A stretch of DNA of 63,991 nt, the filler included, from Ionaspis alba (taxonomy: Eukaryota): assembly GCA_964255285.1 (NCBI GenBank). It is 8 parts of 8 records of this genome, joined end to end, with 100 filler letters (N's around TTAATTAATTAA, not from the genome) between each part and the next. Parts side by side here need not be neighbours in the genome. Positions count along the whole stretch, not along the records: positions 56,562 to 63,991 come from CAXUUL010000831.1; 7 more parts are not named here. One strand, 5' to 3'. The notes beneath the pieces were generated by a model. The model worked only from the letters and a program-made list of their open reading frames with translations. It searched no databases and was not told the DNA's origin. This document shows, in pieces, positions 63,295-63,991 of this stretch. Numbering within the stretch: position 1 is the stretch's first letter; every line of letters starts with the position of its first letter. Both the position numbers and the translations under genes were made by a program.

Positions 63295-63991
63295 TTTCGG
63301 GAGTGGCAGTATCAAGGAATTATGATGTGTAACAAATCGTTCAAAAAGCGACCGCTACTCATAAGCGCTCGATGCAAACGAGCGGTGCTATCGGTCCAAA
63401 ACAACAAAATTCAGGTACATGGCTTGTCTGAAGGAGGAACGCTCCCAAAAGACAGACACTCCAAGTGTATCTATCGCCTGTGCTCCAGCGATGAAGCTGA
63501 ATTGGAGGAGGGAATAGAGCGGAAGGCTGAGTAAGAAGGCACAGAAGCTTGGTGGTGCCCTCCTAGAGGTTGATGCTTACACCCATGACGCCGTTTGCGG
63601 CGGTATGGGCGGAGTCCCCTCGCACCTACTAAGTCCGGCTTCTCGCACAAAAACAACACTACTGACGTATGCCGATGACCCGTGCCATATTTAATAGGGC
63701 ATGAGCTCTGTCCACCCACGCCATCAGAGTGACCTGAACACGATGGAAGTTATTTACCTATGCTGCTGAGATTCATCGTCGCATGCAGGGAGAGCAAATG
63801 ATGCATCGTAATCTACGGTTTTGATGAGTCGGTCTGTAGCTTTGGCGCATGTCAACGGTCATGCAGAATGATGCATATAGCCGTCATTTGCATAAGGCAA
63901 GAACAGGGATCAACAAAGTATCCGAGTGACTTCGGGACAACGGCTGGTTGTCACATAAATCAGAGCAGCAGACTCCTCATGCATATTCTGC

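Overview
This is eukaryotic DNA from a filamentous ascomycete (Pezizomycotina), with short spliceosomal introns throughout. It is not one locus. It is a concatenation of eight ~8-kb scaffolds in descending length order (1-8002, 8103-16101, 16202-24194, 24295-32272, 32373-40340, 40441-48407, 48508-56461, 56562-end), joined by artificial N44-TTAATTAATTAA-N44 linkers, so synteny only means something within a scaffold. Most genes are housekeeping or general metabolism: GH5 steryl-glucosidase-like, SKI3, VPS51, NSE1, ARB1 (start only), RRP12, TMEM115-like, TBL1/SIF2-like, HSE1, STE20-like PAK, PTR2, S10 carboxypeptidase and PARP. The most notable observations are: (1) three adjacent genes (betaine aldehyde dehydrogenase, choline oxidase, epoxide hydrolase) whose products all end in PTS1-type tripeptides (SKL, ARL, PRL), next to a neutral trehalase, a candidate peroxisomal osmolyte/detox cluster; (2) a six-exon secreted, divergent GH134-like protein that the ORF track only catches as fragments; (3) a HET-6-like gene followed directly by a Gypsy-like gag relic carrying a 298-bp hAT-type MITE with an exact 8-bp TSD; (4) a HeLo-like plus PH-like protein and an orphan 94-aa ORF; (5) recurring C-rich to G-rich skew inversions inside genes. 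No rRNA, tRNA or CRISPR was recognised. All family assignments come from motif recognition by eye, not from database searches.
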